From an uncultured bacterium (GTDB lineage: Bacteria; Patescibacteriota; Dojkabacteria; SC72), in the NCBI GenBank assembly GCA_903906305.1, contig CAIVJR010000005.1, positions 6,485 to 70,484 on the forward strand: a stretch of 64,000 nt of DNA. Reading direction: 5' to 3'. The notes beneath the pieces are model-generated. The model was not told the origin of the DNA. It saw only the letters and a list, made by a program, of their open reading frames with translations, and did no database searches. Positions 19,272-28,843 of the stretch are shown piece by piece (within the stretch, counting starts at the first letter, position 1; each line of letters begins with the position of its first letter). The translations under genes and the position numbers were made by a program.

Positions 19272-20396
19272 GGTTACTTCAAATACTTTTTCTGTGCCTG
19301 CTCGATTTACCTTTACTTCTACCTTGTCCCCTACTTTATGCTTTTGTATATACACAGATAATGATGAAGTTACTTTTTCTCCACCTAAATCAGTTACAAT
19401 ATCACCCTTTTGTATACCAGCCTTGTATGCAGGCCCATATACATCCAAGCTCTGTATTAAAGCCCCTGGTACTACATTGGTATTTGAATAATACAATGCA
19501 AGGTATTCAGAGATCATCTGGTATGTAACACCCATATATGCCTCTATGAACTTACCGTAGGTACGATACTCTTCAATTCTTTCTTTAACTTTGTTAATTG
19601 GTAATGCAAAAGAGATATTCTCTGCCCCTGATGTAGTAGCAAAACTTACACCAATTACTTTTCCTTCACTACTTAACAATGGACCACCGGAATTTCCTGG
19701 ATTAACTGCAGCATCTGTCTGTAAAACACCTTCATACGTTTTTTGAGTTGCACCAAACCAACTTGCACTTGTAGTTACTGTTCTATCTAATCCACTTATT
19801 ATTCCTTTAGTTACGCTACCAGAATATTCTCCAAGCGGAGTTCCGATCGCGATTACATCTTGTCCTGCAACCAATTTGTTCGAATCTCCTAACTCTAATA
19901 CTTTCAAATCTTTAGCCTCTATTCTCAATATTGCAATATCATTTGCATCATCTCTCGCTATCTCACTAACATCATATTGATTTCCATCACTTGTAACTAC
20001 TTTGTACGCAGCTGTAGTACTAGAAACTACATGTTGATTAGTTACTATCCAACCGTTTGCATCAACAACAAAACCAGTTCCAATATTACTGTCTGTACTT
20101 ATTACCCCTTTGTCCTGTGAGAGAGAAAGTTGAGAAATTGCGATACTTACTACACCAGGTGCAGAATCCTTAACAATATTTATTGTATTGCTCTCCTCTT
20201 GAGACACCGTTATTGCTGGTGAATTAGACGCAGTTGTTATACCTAAAAAACTTCTAATATTATCAATATTCAAGACTACAATTGATGTAAACGTTATGGA
20301 TACCAATATCATTCCAAGTATTGTCCCAAATATGAAAAGAAACTTACGAGGATGTCTTCTTAAAATACTGTTTATCGTTTTCTTCTCTGTTTCCAT
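19254..20396 (-). CDS. htrA: HtrA/DegP-family trypsin-like serine protease with a PDZ domain
   Basis: N-terminal TM, catalytic TNQHVV...DIAIL...GNSGGPLL triad blocks, and a C-terminal PDZ region. Confidence 0.9.
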   Translation of the reverse strand: METEKKTINSILRRHPRKFLFIFGTILGMILVSITFTSIVVLNIDNIRSFLGITTASNSPAITVSQEESNTINIVKDSAPGVVSIAISQLSLSQDKGVISTDSNIGTGFVVDANGWIVTNQHVVSSTTAAYKVVTSDGNQYDVSEIARDDANDIAILRIEAKDLKVLELGDSNKLVAGQDVIAIGTPLGEYSGSVTKGIISGLDRTVTTSASWFGATQKTYEGVLQTDAAVNPGNSGGPLLSSEGKVIGVSFATTSGAENISFALPINKVKERIEEYRTYGKFIEAYMGVTYQMISEYLALYYSNTNVVPGALIQSLDVYGPAYKAGIQKGDIVTDLGGEKVTSSLSVYIQKHKVGDKVEVKVNRAGTEKVFEVTLSEAD

Positions 20397-20414
20397 ATAT
20401 ATATTTATTAAAAA

Positions 20415-21632
20415 TTATTTTTGAATCTCAGTTATAGCTTTATTCAATTGGGTATCTACACCCTTATTAAAATCTTCCTGTGAATTTGCAATTTCAATGT
20501 TTGGGGTAATTGGATTATCCTTGTTTAACCATCCACCATCTGGAAGTAACCATTTCAATATTGTGACATGCAATGTAGAACCATCCGAGAGATCTAATAC
20601 ACTTTGAGCTGTACCCTTTCCGTATGTCTTGTCTCCAATAATTGTTGCTCTTCCTGATTGTTGCAATGCTCCAGAAAGAATTTCTGATGCAGATGCACTT
20701 CCACTATCTACAAGTACAACAACTTTCATATTTACAAATTTTCCACCTTTTGTTGAATTAAACTTCTCTATCTTTCCAGCACTATCCTGTTGCTGAGCTA
20801 ACACTTTACCAGAATCAACAAAATCATCGGCTGCATATATAGCAGCATCAAAGTAACCACCTGGATTACCTCTTAAATCTAAAATCATCTTTGTTACACC
20901 AGATTTTACAATACTATCTACATTGTCATCCCAGTTCTCAATCCATTCACTGTACGAAGAGTCTGTAAATCTATTTACTTGGAATAGCACAATATCTTTA
21001 TTTTCTCCCACATACTCCACAGACATACTTTCGATTGTAATATCGCTTCTTGTTATTTCGATCTCTACTGATTTTGTTTCTCCCTTATGCAATATCCCAA
21101 GTTTCACTTTTGTTCCAGCTTCACCTCTAATCTTTGCAACAACATCATATACCGTTTCGGTTGATTTAATAGCTTCACCATTAATAGTTAGGATATAGTC
21201 ACCTGCTTTAATACCCGCAGCTTTTGCTGGAGAGCCTTCCAATGGTGACACAACTATGATTTGCTTGTTACTGTCATATCCTAATTCAGCTCCGATACCT
21301 TGAAAAAGCTTTCCTTCACTTGCCTCATTAAATGTTTTTGTCTCCTCTGGATCCAAGAATACCGTAGCAGCATCCTCAAATGAATTGACCATTCCCTTAA
21401 TTGATCCATACAACATCTCCTGATCATCAATCTTTGAAGAATCTACATATTTACTCTGCATTAGATCCCATACATTCCAATACAACTGAAAGTCGACATC
21501 TGATTTACCGGATAGTACATTTGATATTGTTGCTTTGTTGGTTTGGAATAGTCTTCCTGATACAAAACCAATAGCGAAAAGACATACCATTAAGATTGCT
21601 ATCCCTATATTTTTTGTAGTTTGTTTCTCCAT
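20415..21632 (-). CDS. ctpA: S41-family C-terminal processing peptidase (Ctp) with a PDZ domain
   Basis: PDZ block GIKAGDYILTINGE and the S41 catalytic region VVLVDSGSASASEILSGALQ, with an N-terminal TM helix. Confidence 0.85.
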   Translation of the reverse strand: MEKQTTKNIGIAILMVCLFAIGFVSGRLFQTNKATISNVLSGKSDVDFQLYWNVWDLMQSKYVDSSKIDDQEMLYGSIKGMVNSFEDAATVFLDPEETKTFNEASEGKLFQGIGAELGYDSNKQIIVVSPLEGSPAKAAGIKAGDYILTINGEAIKSTETVYDVVAKIRGEAGTKVKLGILHKGETKSVEIEITRSDITIESMSVEYVGENKDIVLFQVNRFTDSSYSEWIENWDDNVDSIVKSGVTKMILDLRGNPGGYFDAAIYAADDFVDSGKVLAQQQDSAGKIEKFNSTKGGKFVNMKVVVLVDSGSASASEILSGALQQSGRATIIGDKTYGKGTAQSVLDLSDGSTLHVTILKWLLPDGGWLNKDNPITPNIEIANSQEDFNKGVDTQLNKAITEIQK

Positions 21633-21653
21633 GTTCTTTCTTCTAAAATTATA

Positions 21654-22676
21654 CTAGTACGATACGAATTCTAAACTTCCTAAGTTGATTACACTTCTCC
21701 CTCCATGCTCCCATTCTACTGTTACATATGATGAGCCTTCTGTGCTCATTATTTCTCCTGTCATTCCATAGCTTCCAAGTGTACGAGATACTATTTTACT
21801 ACCTATCAAATTTTTTACAAACACGGACTCTTTCTCCTTCATCTTTCTGTTTTCATTAAGGAAAAATATCTGGCTTTCATCAAAATCCACAACTGCGTAG
21901 CTTCCATTTAATTCGGATATCATTTTCAAGAATTCTTCTCCTGAATATATTTCACCAAACCCTCCTACTAATCCAATTGGTAATCCCTGATTTCTGAAAT
22001 CTTGATAATCCATGGAATATGTTAGTACGAATTTGGCACCTTTTTCAAAAAGGTCTCTTAACAAACTTGTGTGTAAATGTTTTCCTACAAATACAATTTT
22101 CCCTTCATAGCTTGTATCATCCCCCTTCAGCTTTATATCCTTCCCCATATTCAATGTTACAAATTCACCAGCAAGGAGAACTCTTTCTGCGCTTGATACA
22201 CTTAATAGATCTAATGCTAATGCTGGTGTTTTTAATGTAATTCCTTCCAATGGATTTACATCCAATATTTCTGCTTGAAATGTACTTTTAATTAAGGCTT
22301 CGTGCTCTTCTCCCAATACATCAATATATCCTAACTTTGTTCTTGAGAGATCTACAATTCCATTTGATGGTGATACTAGTCGTTTTACAGTTAATCCTCC
22401 AGCTGATATTTTTTCAGCAAGTACGTCTCCTTCATTTACAAATTCTCCGTCTATACAGGTTACATATTGCATTACAGTTTCCAAACTACAATGGAGTTGA
22501 TCCGGAAGGTAGAATGAATGACGTGCATTGTTACCCTTCCTTAGATATAGATCCATTCCCTCTTTAACAGTATCTCCAGCCTTAACCATGACCTTGTCTT
22601 TGCTGTTTACAGGTATTCGGAATGTATATGTATCATATTTTTCTAGCATCCTATGTTTTAATATCATTTCAACCAC
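21654..22676 (-). CDS. Hypothetical protein
   Basis: A 340-aa ORF with no confident family assignment. Confidence 0.4.
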   Translation of the reverse strand: MVEMILKHRMLEKYDTYTFRIPVNSKDKVMVKAGDTVKEGMDLYLRKGNNARHSFYLPDQLHCSLETVMQYVTCIDGEFVNEGDVLAEKISAGGLTVKRLVSPSNGIVDLSRTKLGYIDVLGEEHEALIKSTFQAEILDVNPLEGITLKTPALALDLLSVSSAERVLLAGEFVTLNMGKDIKLKGDDTSYEGKIVFVGKHLHTSLLRDLFEKGAKFVLTYSMDYQDFRNQGLPIGLVGGFGEIYSGEEFLKMISELNGSYAVVDFDESQIFFLNENRKMKEKESVFVKNLIGSKIVSRTLGSYGMTGEIMSTEGSSYVTVEWEHGGRSVINLGSLEFVSY

Positions 22677-24007
22677 TGTTGTAATTTTAGTTTGTTTGAA
22701 TATATATCAGGTCCATACACTATTGGTTTGGGCCTTGCATCTATGACCATGGAATCATATCTAAGCTTTCCCGGTATTGATATGAAGCTTAAATTGTCCT
22801 TTGCTTCTGTATTTCTAATGTATGCTCCATTCTTAAACTCACCTTCAATTATTAGGTTTTCTCTGTGTAATGGTAATTTGATATATGTGAACTCAGGGGA
22901 AAGTGCGAATATGTCTTGTTTCTCCCCCTCCAATGAATCTGTATATCCGTTGAATATGACCTTGCTCTTGTTTCTAGAGAGCTTGACCTCTGGAACCAAT
23001 ACTTTAGTACAGCAGGAAAGCACTTCTTTTCGGGTAAGGACTACATCGGAAGATGCTGGACCAGATATGTAGCTTTTGGCATAGGAGAGTAATCGTTTTT
23101 CATTATCAAAATATGCATCCAGTATTCCAGATACTTCAAAACCATCAATGACAGATAACAAAAGATTTTCCTTTCCTAAGAGTAATGGAACCATTCCGGT
23201 TAGTATGATTCCTGTGTTTCCTTGTGTCCCAATTGCTTGTAATTTGTCCTTGTTGTCTTGATATATCGAGTGTAATTGCGCAGTAGTATACGCTCTTAAC
23301 ATATCCAATATATTTGGATCTTCAGTAAATACCACCCTATTCAACACAAAATTACTCCAGTAGTTGAGCATATCTTTTGAGGTTACATCTGAAGCCAGAA
23401 AGGCTTTGAATCGGGCATCCTTTATGGAATCTATAACCCCATATTCATTATTCCATTCTATCTTTGATTTTGATATTTCAATCTTGCCTGTTTCTTTGTC
23501 TTTAAATGCTCTGTAGATTTTGAAATCTTGAAGATCTAGATCTAAGAAAAGAAGGTCATCATATCCTAGCTTTTGTGTTAATCCTTCTAACATTCCTCGC
23601 ATATATACTTCGTCCATTACTCTTAGGGCTATATCATTTGAGAATGCTCTTAGTGAAGAAAATATTTTGTTGAAATATTTTTGGTTTTCATCCATTAATA
23701 TTCTAATTCCTGAGATTCCATCTCCTTCTTCTGTGAATTTTCTAAAGGAGAATATTCCATATCCATTTCTATCTACTACATTCCAGTTGAATACTTTTTC
23801 TAGATTATCGAAGTATTCATACCAGAAGTTTTTGGTAAAGAAATCATCGTCTAGTCTTTGTTTCAGTGGATTTAGATCTGTGAAGTCTGAGAGTATATAT
23901 TCCCTACTTGCATTGTGATCTGTATATGCGAGATGAGCCCAGATGTTGTTATCTGATATAACGAGGCTTAGATATGAGTTTTTCTCTAACATTGGCAGTG
24001 TAGACAT
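22664..24007 (-). CDS. Hypothetical protein
   Basis: A 447-aa ORF that overlaps the start of the downstream gene and is probably co-transcribed with it. Confidence 0.4.
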   Translation of the reverse strand: MSTLPMLEKNSYLSLVISDNNIWAHLAYTDHNASREYILSDFTDLNPLKQRLDDDFFTKNFWYEYFDNLEKVFNWNVVDRNGYGIFSFRKFTEEGDGISGIRILMDENQKYFNKIFSSLRAFSNDIALRVMDEVYMRGMLEGLTQKLGYDDLLFLDLDLQDFKIYRAFKDKETGKIEISKSKIEWNNEYGVIDSIKDARFKAFLASDVTSKDMLNYWSNFVLNRVVFTEDPNILDMLRAYTTAQLHSIYQDNKDKLQAIGTQGNTGIILTGMVPLLLGKENLLLSVIDGFEVSGILDAYFDNEKRLLSYAKSYISGPASSDVVLTRKEVLSCCTKVLVPEVKLSRNKSKVIFNGYTDSLEGEKQDIFALSPEFTYIKLPLHRENLIIEGEFKNGAYIRNTEAKDNLSFISIPGKLRYDSMVIDARPKPIVYGPDIYSNKLKLQQWLK

Positions 24008-24289
24008 ATATAAATATATTACTTGAAAGGGTTAAGAGTTGCAATGAAAGATATGAGGTTACAGCATTGTCTTATAGTATCTTGGAGAGGTATAATTGGG
24101 CTTAGATCGTTAAAAATCAGAGAAAAAGAAAAGAGGGAGATTTGATACACTTAGATCCGTTAGGTATTACCGTGATAGGCATTATAATTATCTGGCTTAT
24201 CATACTTACAGTTCTCTCATTCAAGGGCAAATCAAAAAGGAAAAAGAAAGAATGAAAAAGGATGACATTTTATTCATAGGTCTTTTATT

Positions 24290-24772
24290 GTGGCTGGTGT
24301 ACATGGCCATCGATTCCAAAATCATAAACATTCCAAAACGGAGGGGAAAGTGAACCACTATAGCATAGTAACATTGATTGGTGACCTGCTTTGGGTTATT
24401 GGGTCAATTTTCTTTTGGATTTATATTCTTTCCAAAATCGACAATAAAAATTGGCTAATTCCTACTTTAGGAGTCATTCTTGGTGTTATCGGATATGGGA
24501 TGTCTGTAATAACCAGAATCAATTGGTGGCAAAACACACCGGGTGGATATGCATCAAAAGCAATTTCTTCCTGGATGGATGGTTCTACCATTTTATTGGT
24601 AATACTAATGATTGCGGTAATTGCCCTAGATGAAAAAGTACAAGCAAAAAGCTTTTCATTTAGGAAGATCTATGACAAAATTACCGACATTATGTTTTTT
24701 TTCCCGTTTGTAGCGTTCGTAATCGGAATTGCATTTCGAATTGCAAAAATTTACCTTCCGTTTTTCCTTTAA
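24290..24772 (+). CDS. Small integral membrane protein
   Basis: Four predicted TM helices in 160 aa. Confidence 0.45.
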   Translation: MAGVHGHRFQNHKHSKTEGKVNHYSIVTLIGDLLWVIGSIFFWIYILSKIDNKNWLIPTLGVILGVIGYGMSVITRINWWQNTPGGYASKAISSWMDGSTILLVILMIAVIALDEKVQAKSFSFRKIYDKITDIMFFFPFVAFVIGIAFRIAKIYLPFFL

Positions 24773-24850
24773 CTCTGAAATTTACGGCCTACTCCAGGTC
24801 AAGCAAAAAAACTTGACCTGGAATGCAACATCTCAATTAGTACATACAAA

Positions 24851-24880
24851 AAAAAGAGGACCTTTCGGTCCCCTTCTCAA
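24851..24880 (-). terminator. Rho-independent terminator of the rpsF-ssb-rpsR operon
   Basis: On the minus strand the hairpin ggggaccgaaaggtcctc is followed by TTTTTT, directly downstream of the rpsR stop. Confidence 0.7.
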
Positions 24881-24900
24881 TTCAATGTATATATTACAGA

Positions 24901-25224
24901 CTATTCATTAGAAGAATATGGTAAGAGAGACATAAATCTAGCTCTCTTAATAGCCCTCTTTAACATCTTCTGATGTCTATGACATGCTCCAGACTTCTCT
25001 ACAGATATAATCTTACCTCTAACAGATGTAAACTTTTTTAATTGATACACATCCTTGTATGTAACAGTCTTAACACCAGATTCACATAGAGGACATTTTA
25101 AGTTCTGAATAATCTTTCTTCTCCTTCGCATATTCTTTTTCTTAGCATCGAAAGAAGAATCATCATTAGTACTTGTTGTACTCTCTACTGCTGGACTTTG
25201 TTTTACTACTATTTCGTCTGACAT
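24901..25224 (-). CDS. rpsR: 30S ribosomal protein S18 with an N-terminal extension
   Basis: The C-terminal S18 core reads KKFTSVRGKIISVEKSGACHRHQKMLKRAIKRARFMSLLPY, in the rpsF-ssb-rpsR gene order. Confidence 0.9.
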   Translation of the reverse strand: MSDEIVVKQSPAVESTTSTNDDSSFDAKKKNMRRRRKIIQNLKCPLCESGVKTVTYKDVYQLKKFTSVRGKIISVEKSGACHRHQKMLKRAIKRARFMSLLPYSSNE

Positions 25225-25242
25225 TCCTTAATATATATCAAA

Positions 25243-25740
25243 TTAAAATGGCAAATCTTCTTCTAAAGGATCCTGATCAACAGGAGCTTCCTCTTCAACT
25301 GGAGCTGCTTCATCTGCAACAACATCTTCCTTAGGAGCTTTTTCTGCTTTTTCTGGTCTTTCAGCATGTGCAGCATCTTCATCAACACCAGCACCCTGCT
25401 TACCCTTACTATCTAAAAGAATCATATCTTCAATTCTAACTTCTGTCTTGTATCTAGTTGTATTATCATCTGCCTGCCATGATCTTGTATTCAAAGAACC
25501 CTCTACATAGATCTTCATTCCCTTAGCTAACAATTGCTGACATATTTCAGCCATCTTGTTCCATGCTACTACATTATGGAATTCTGCTAATTCTTTCATC
25601 TCACCATTGGTATCTTTCCATGACTTGTTTGTTGCCATCCCGAAAGTAACAACTGGAGTTCCAGAATTGGTATATCTCATCTCTGGATCTCTTGTTAGAT
25701 TTCCAATTAACATTACTTTATTTAGTGATCTTGCTGCCAT
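25243..25740 (-). CDS. ssb: Single-stranded DNA-binding protein
   Basis: OB-fold N-terminus (NKVMLIGNLTRDPEMRYT), an acidic tail ending DLPF, and placement between rpsF and rpsR. Confidence 0.95.
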   Translation of the reverse strand: MAARSLNKVMLIGNLTRDPEMRYTNSGTPVVTFGMATNKSWKDTNGEMKELAEFHNVVAWNKMAEICQQLLAKGMKIYVEGSLNTRSWQADDNTTRYKTEVRIEDMILLDSKGKQGAGVDEDAAHAERPEKAEKAPKEDVVADEAAPVEEEAPVDQDPLEEDLPF

Positions 25741-25799
25741 TTGTTTAATAATTATAATTTAACTTACCTACAATATACACTGCAAATATTAAAATTCGA

Positions 25800-26156
25800 T
25801 TAAATTTCTATTTCCTTCTTCTTGATCTTCTTCCCTATCTCATCTACATCATCTGCTTCTACTACCATATATCTCAAAACTTCTTGTTTTAATTCCATCT
25901 GTCTTCTGATTTCTAGGATATGTGAAGGATCGGATACAAAGGTATATATAATGTAATATCCTTCGTTATGTCCATTTATTTTGTATGCTAAATATCTCTT
26001 TCCCCATACATCTACATCTAATACTTCCCCACCCTTAGCTTTAACTAAATCAACAAATTCTTTGTGAATTGCTTTTCTAACATCATCTGGTAATAGTGGT
26101 TTAAGAGCCACTGCCATTTCATAATAGTTTCCTTTTTTTACTTCTTCTGCTGCCAT
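25800..26156 (-). CDS. rpsF: 30S ribosomal protein S6
   Basis: YEMAVALKP start, 118 aa, first gene of the conserved rpsF-ssb-rpsR cluster. Confidence 0.85.
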   Translation of the reverse strand: MAAEEVKKGNYYEMAVALKPLLPDDVRKAIHKEFVDLVKAKGGEVLDVDVWGKRYLAYKINGHNEGYYIIYTFVSDPSHILEIRRQMELKQEVLRYMVVEADDVDEIGKKIKKKEIEI

Positions 26157-26241
26157 TTAACCGATATATACAAATTATGTCTTAACGAGAATGGATTTTA
26201 GCAGAAAATATTAGGTATTACAACTAGCATCAGTACAAAAA

Positions 26242-27042
26242 CTAACGTAATCTTTTTCTGATAACACTCACACCCGTATTCAACTCTATCTCCTCCTTAG
26301 CCTTTCTAGCAACCTTACCACCCTTCTTTGCAACTACCCTGTTCTCTTCCAATCCCTTTGGTATATCCTTCTTAGATATTTCAGTAGTAGATGCTTCTGC
26401 TAACATATTTAGAATTAATTCTAAATTAGTCATATTATCCCTTAAATTCTCTTTCTTCAAACCCTTGTATTCTTTCAATTCCTTAACTGATTTACCAGTC
26501 CAAGCCTTGGTAATCTCATTTGTTAATATTGCAAAGTCTCTTCCCTCATTCATACCTCTTTCTTGCCATTCATCAGTTAATTCTTTTCTAACTTCAATAC
26601 TTTTTAATCGTTGATTAATCCAATCTCTTGAATATCCCTTATTTAGATATGTCTTCATCGCCCTATCAAATGCCAATTCTGGGTCTTCTGTTTCTTCAAT
26701 TCTTTCATATCCTACCTTGGCTAACCAAACTTTAAATGGTTCTGCTTTAGGAGATGGAATTGATTGAATTAGTCGCAAGATTGTCTCTGTATCTGCTACG
26801 TCTGTTAAATATGTCTTACCATCAGAGGATTTTAGTCGCAGTTGTCCCATCTTTTGGGACAACTGACTTCCTTCTTCTTGTTGCAACTTGATTTTCAAAG
26901 CATTCCAGTACTTTCTTGGTCTAGGACTATCTGTAAGCACTTGAATTATGTCTATTACAGAGAAATACCAGAGTTCTCTCTTTTTATCCCAGTGTCTTCG
27001 TATTGTTTTTTGATTGAATAGTATGATGGATTTTTCTTTCAT
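26242..27042 (-). CDS. Bro-N domain protein (DinD / phage antirepressor-like)
   Basis: The N-terminal block FNQKTIRRHWDKKRELWYFSVIDIIQVL matches the Bro-N/DinD-type motif (F..IR....GE.WF...D....L). Confidence 0.6.
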   Translation of the reverse strand: MKEKSIILFNQKTIRRHWDKKRELWYFSVIDIIQVLTDSPRPRKYWNALKIKLQQEEGSQLSQKMGQLRLKSSDGKTYLTDVADTETILRLIQSIPSPKAEPFKVWLAKVGYERIEETEDPELAFDRAMKTYLNKGYSRDWINQRLKSIEVRKELTDEWQERGMNEGRDFAILTNEITKAWTGKSVKELKEYKGLKKENLRDNMTNLELILNMLAEASTTEISKKDIPKGLEENRVVAKKGGKVARKAKEEIELNTGVSVIRKRLR

Positions 27043-27130
27043 ATTTCTATTATATATCTTAAATATGAAATTGATATGAATTTTATAAAGAGAGAGATTT
27101 TCAACTGTCCGATTTAAGCGGACAACTCAT

Positions 27131-28222
27131 CTATTTGTTCGCAAGAATAATAATATAATCACCATCCTGTACAATATAATCCTTACCATGATTCTTAACC
27201 AAACCCAATTCCTTAGCCTTAACCCAACCACCAGCATCTAATAAAGCATCAACATTAACCACATCAGCAGTAATGAAATTGTTTTCCAAATCAGTATGTA
27301 TAACCCCTGCAGCCTCCTTAGCATTAGCACCCTTCTCAATAGTCCACGCATTACACTCCTTCTCAGATCCGGTATAGAAGGTTATGAGGTTGAGAGCATC
27401 GTATGCCCCCTTAATAATATCTTTAACGGATTTAGGAACATAACCTAGTAATTCTGCATACTCATCTGCATCTTCCATCTCCCCTACCAATTTTACATCC
27501 GCCATTATAACTAGATCACCCGTTTTTTCTTCTAATTCCTTCTTCCATACTTCAATCTTCTCACTCTCCAGCCCTTCCTTACAATTCAATACAAACATTC
27601 TCTTCTTACTAGTTAACAACCAAAGGTCATATACATATTCCTTCTCTTTCTCATTCATTTCCATATCTACCACAGGAATACCCATACCCAAATTCTTTTG
27701 TATCTTTTCCAATATATTCATCTCTAATGCAGCATCTGCATTCCCTATTCTGGCCATCTTGTTTACACTAGCTATCTTCTTTTCAACAACCTCAATATCT
27801 TTGAATATGAGTTCTGCTTGTACAATTTCAAAATCTTCAACAGGATTTACTCTCTCATATACATGCACTATCTCTTTACTTTCAAAAGCTCTAAGTACAT
27901 ACATAATGACATCGGTCTCTCTAATGTGTGAAAGGAATTGATTTCCTAATCCTTCTCCTTTGGATGCTCCTTTAACTAATCCTGCAATATCTACAAATGT
28001 CATAGCTGAAGGTACAATCTTCTTAGCATTGAAATATGCAGACATTCTTCCTAATCTTTCGTCAGGTATTTCAACTACTCCTACGTTTTTATCTATGGTA
28101 CAAAAAGGAAAATTTTCTGCTGGTACTGTTAATTTGGTTAGTGCATTAAATATTGTAGATTTTCCTGAATTAGGAAGTCCTACAATACCTAGAGACAATG
28201 AGTGTGATCTTTTTACTGACAT
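27131..28222 (-). CDS. ychF: Ribosome-binding ATPase YchF (Obg-family GTPase)
   Basis: G1 motif GIVGLPNSGKSTIFNALT, a helical insertion and a C-terminal TGS domain. The 363-aa length fits. Confidence 0.9.
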   Translation of the reverse strand: MSVKRSHSLSLGIVGLPNSGKSTIFNALTKLTVPAENFPFCTIDKNVGVVEIPDERLGRMSAYFNAKKIVPSAMTFVDIAGLVKGASKGEGLGNQFLSHIRETDVIMYVLRAFESKEIVHVYERVNPVEDFEIVQAELIFKDIEVVEKKIASVNKMARIGNADAALEMNILEKIQKNLGMGIPVVDMEMNEKEKEYVYDLWLLTSKKRMFVLNCKEGLESEKIEVWKKELEEKTGDLVIMADVKLVGEMEDADEYAELLGYVPKSVKDIIKGAYDALNLITFYTGSEKECNAWTIEKGANAKEAAGVIHTDLENNFITADVVNVDALLDAGGWVKAKELGLVKNHGKDYIVQDGDYIIILANK

Positions 28223-28273
28223 AATGGTGAATTATATCCTAATATTAAGGTTTTGGATATATTAAGAACCAAT

Positions 28274-28308
28274 TCTGTGAGCTTCATAGTATATATGAGG
28301 CTCACAGA
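28274..28308. terminator. Perfect 9-bp stem hairpin (tctgtgagc...gctcacaga) between the 138-aa gene and ychF
   Basis: Inverted repeat with an 18-nt loop in a 100-bp intergenic gap. It may be a terminator or a regulatory element. Confidence 0.3.
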
Positions 28309-28325
28309 TTGAGCAGGTTTTCGAA

Positions 28326-28742
28326 TTACAAATTTAAAAAGGTCTTTTTTACCCATGATATGGATTCTCCAGGTAAAAGGGATATTTCCTCTTCAATTAC
28401 TTTTGGTTCAAATCTTCTATTTCCCATTCGTGATTTTATCTCTCGGATAGCACCCCGATTATTTTGACAGAGACACATTGTCTCTACCAATTGTTTTTCA
28501 TCCTTTGCAGACTTTGCCATAAGAATTATAAGCATATCAGCCAAAGGACAAACCGGAAGATGCTCTCTTAGAAACTTAAACTCTTTCCATTTGTTGAATT
28601 CTTGTTCAATCCCTTGGAAAAAAGCCCCAGACGGCGTGCTCGATGGGAATATTTCTAGAAACTTATCATACAGTTCAATTACCGCTTGAACCTTCTCTTC
28701 ATCCATTCTATATATCCTTCCTTTTAAACGATCTTTACTCAA
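28326..28742 (-). CDS. Hypothetical protein
   Basis: A 138-aa ORF with no recognisable motif. Confidence 0.4.
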   Translation of the reverse strand: MSKDRLKGRIYRMDEEKVQAVIELYDKFLEIFPSSTPSGAFFQGIEQEFNKWKEFKFLREHLPVCPLADMLIILMAKSAKDEKQLVETMCLCQNNRGAIREIKSRMGNRRFEPKVIEEEISLLPGESISWVKKTFLNL

Positions 28743-28843
28743 ATATTAATTTGTGTAATTCGAACCCTTATTATAGGTCTTCTTCCTTCCTTTTTCAATA
28801 ATTGCTATGATATTAAATACATTAAATAGCCCAAACCAATACA

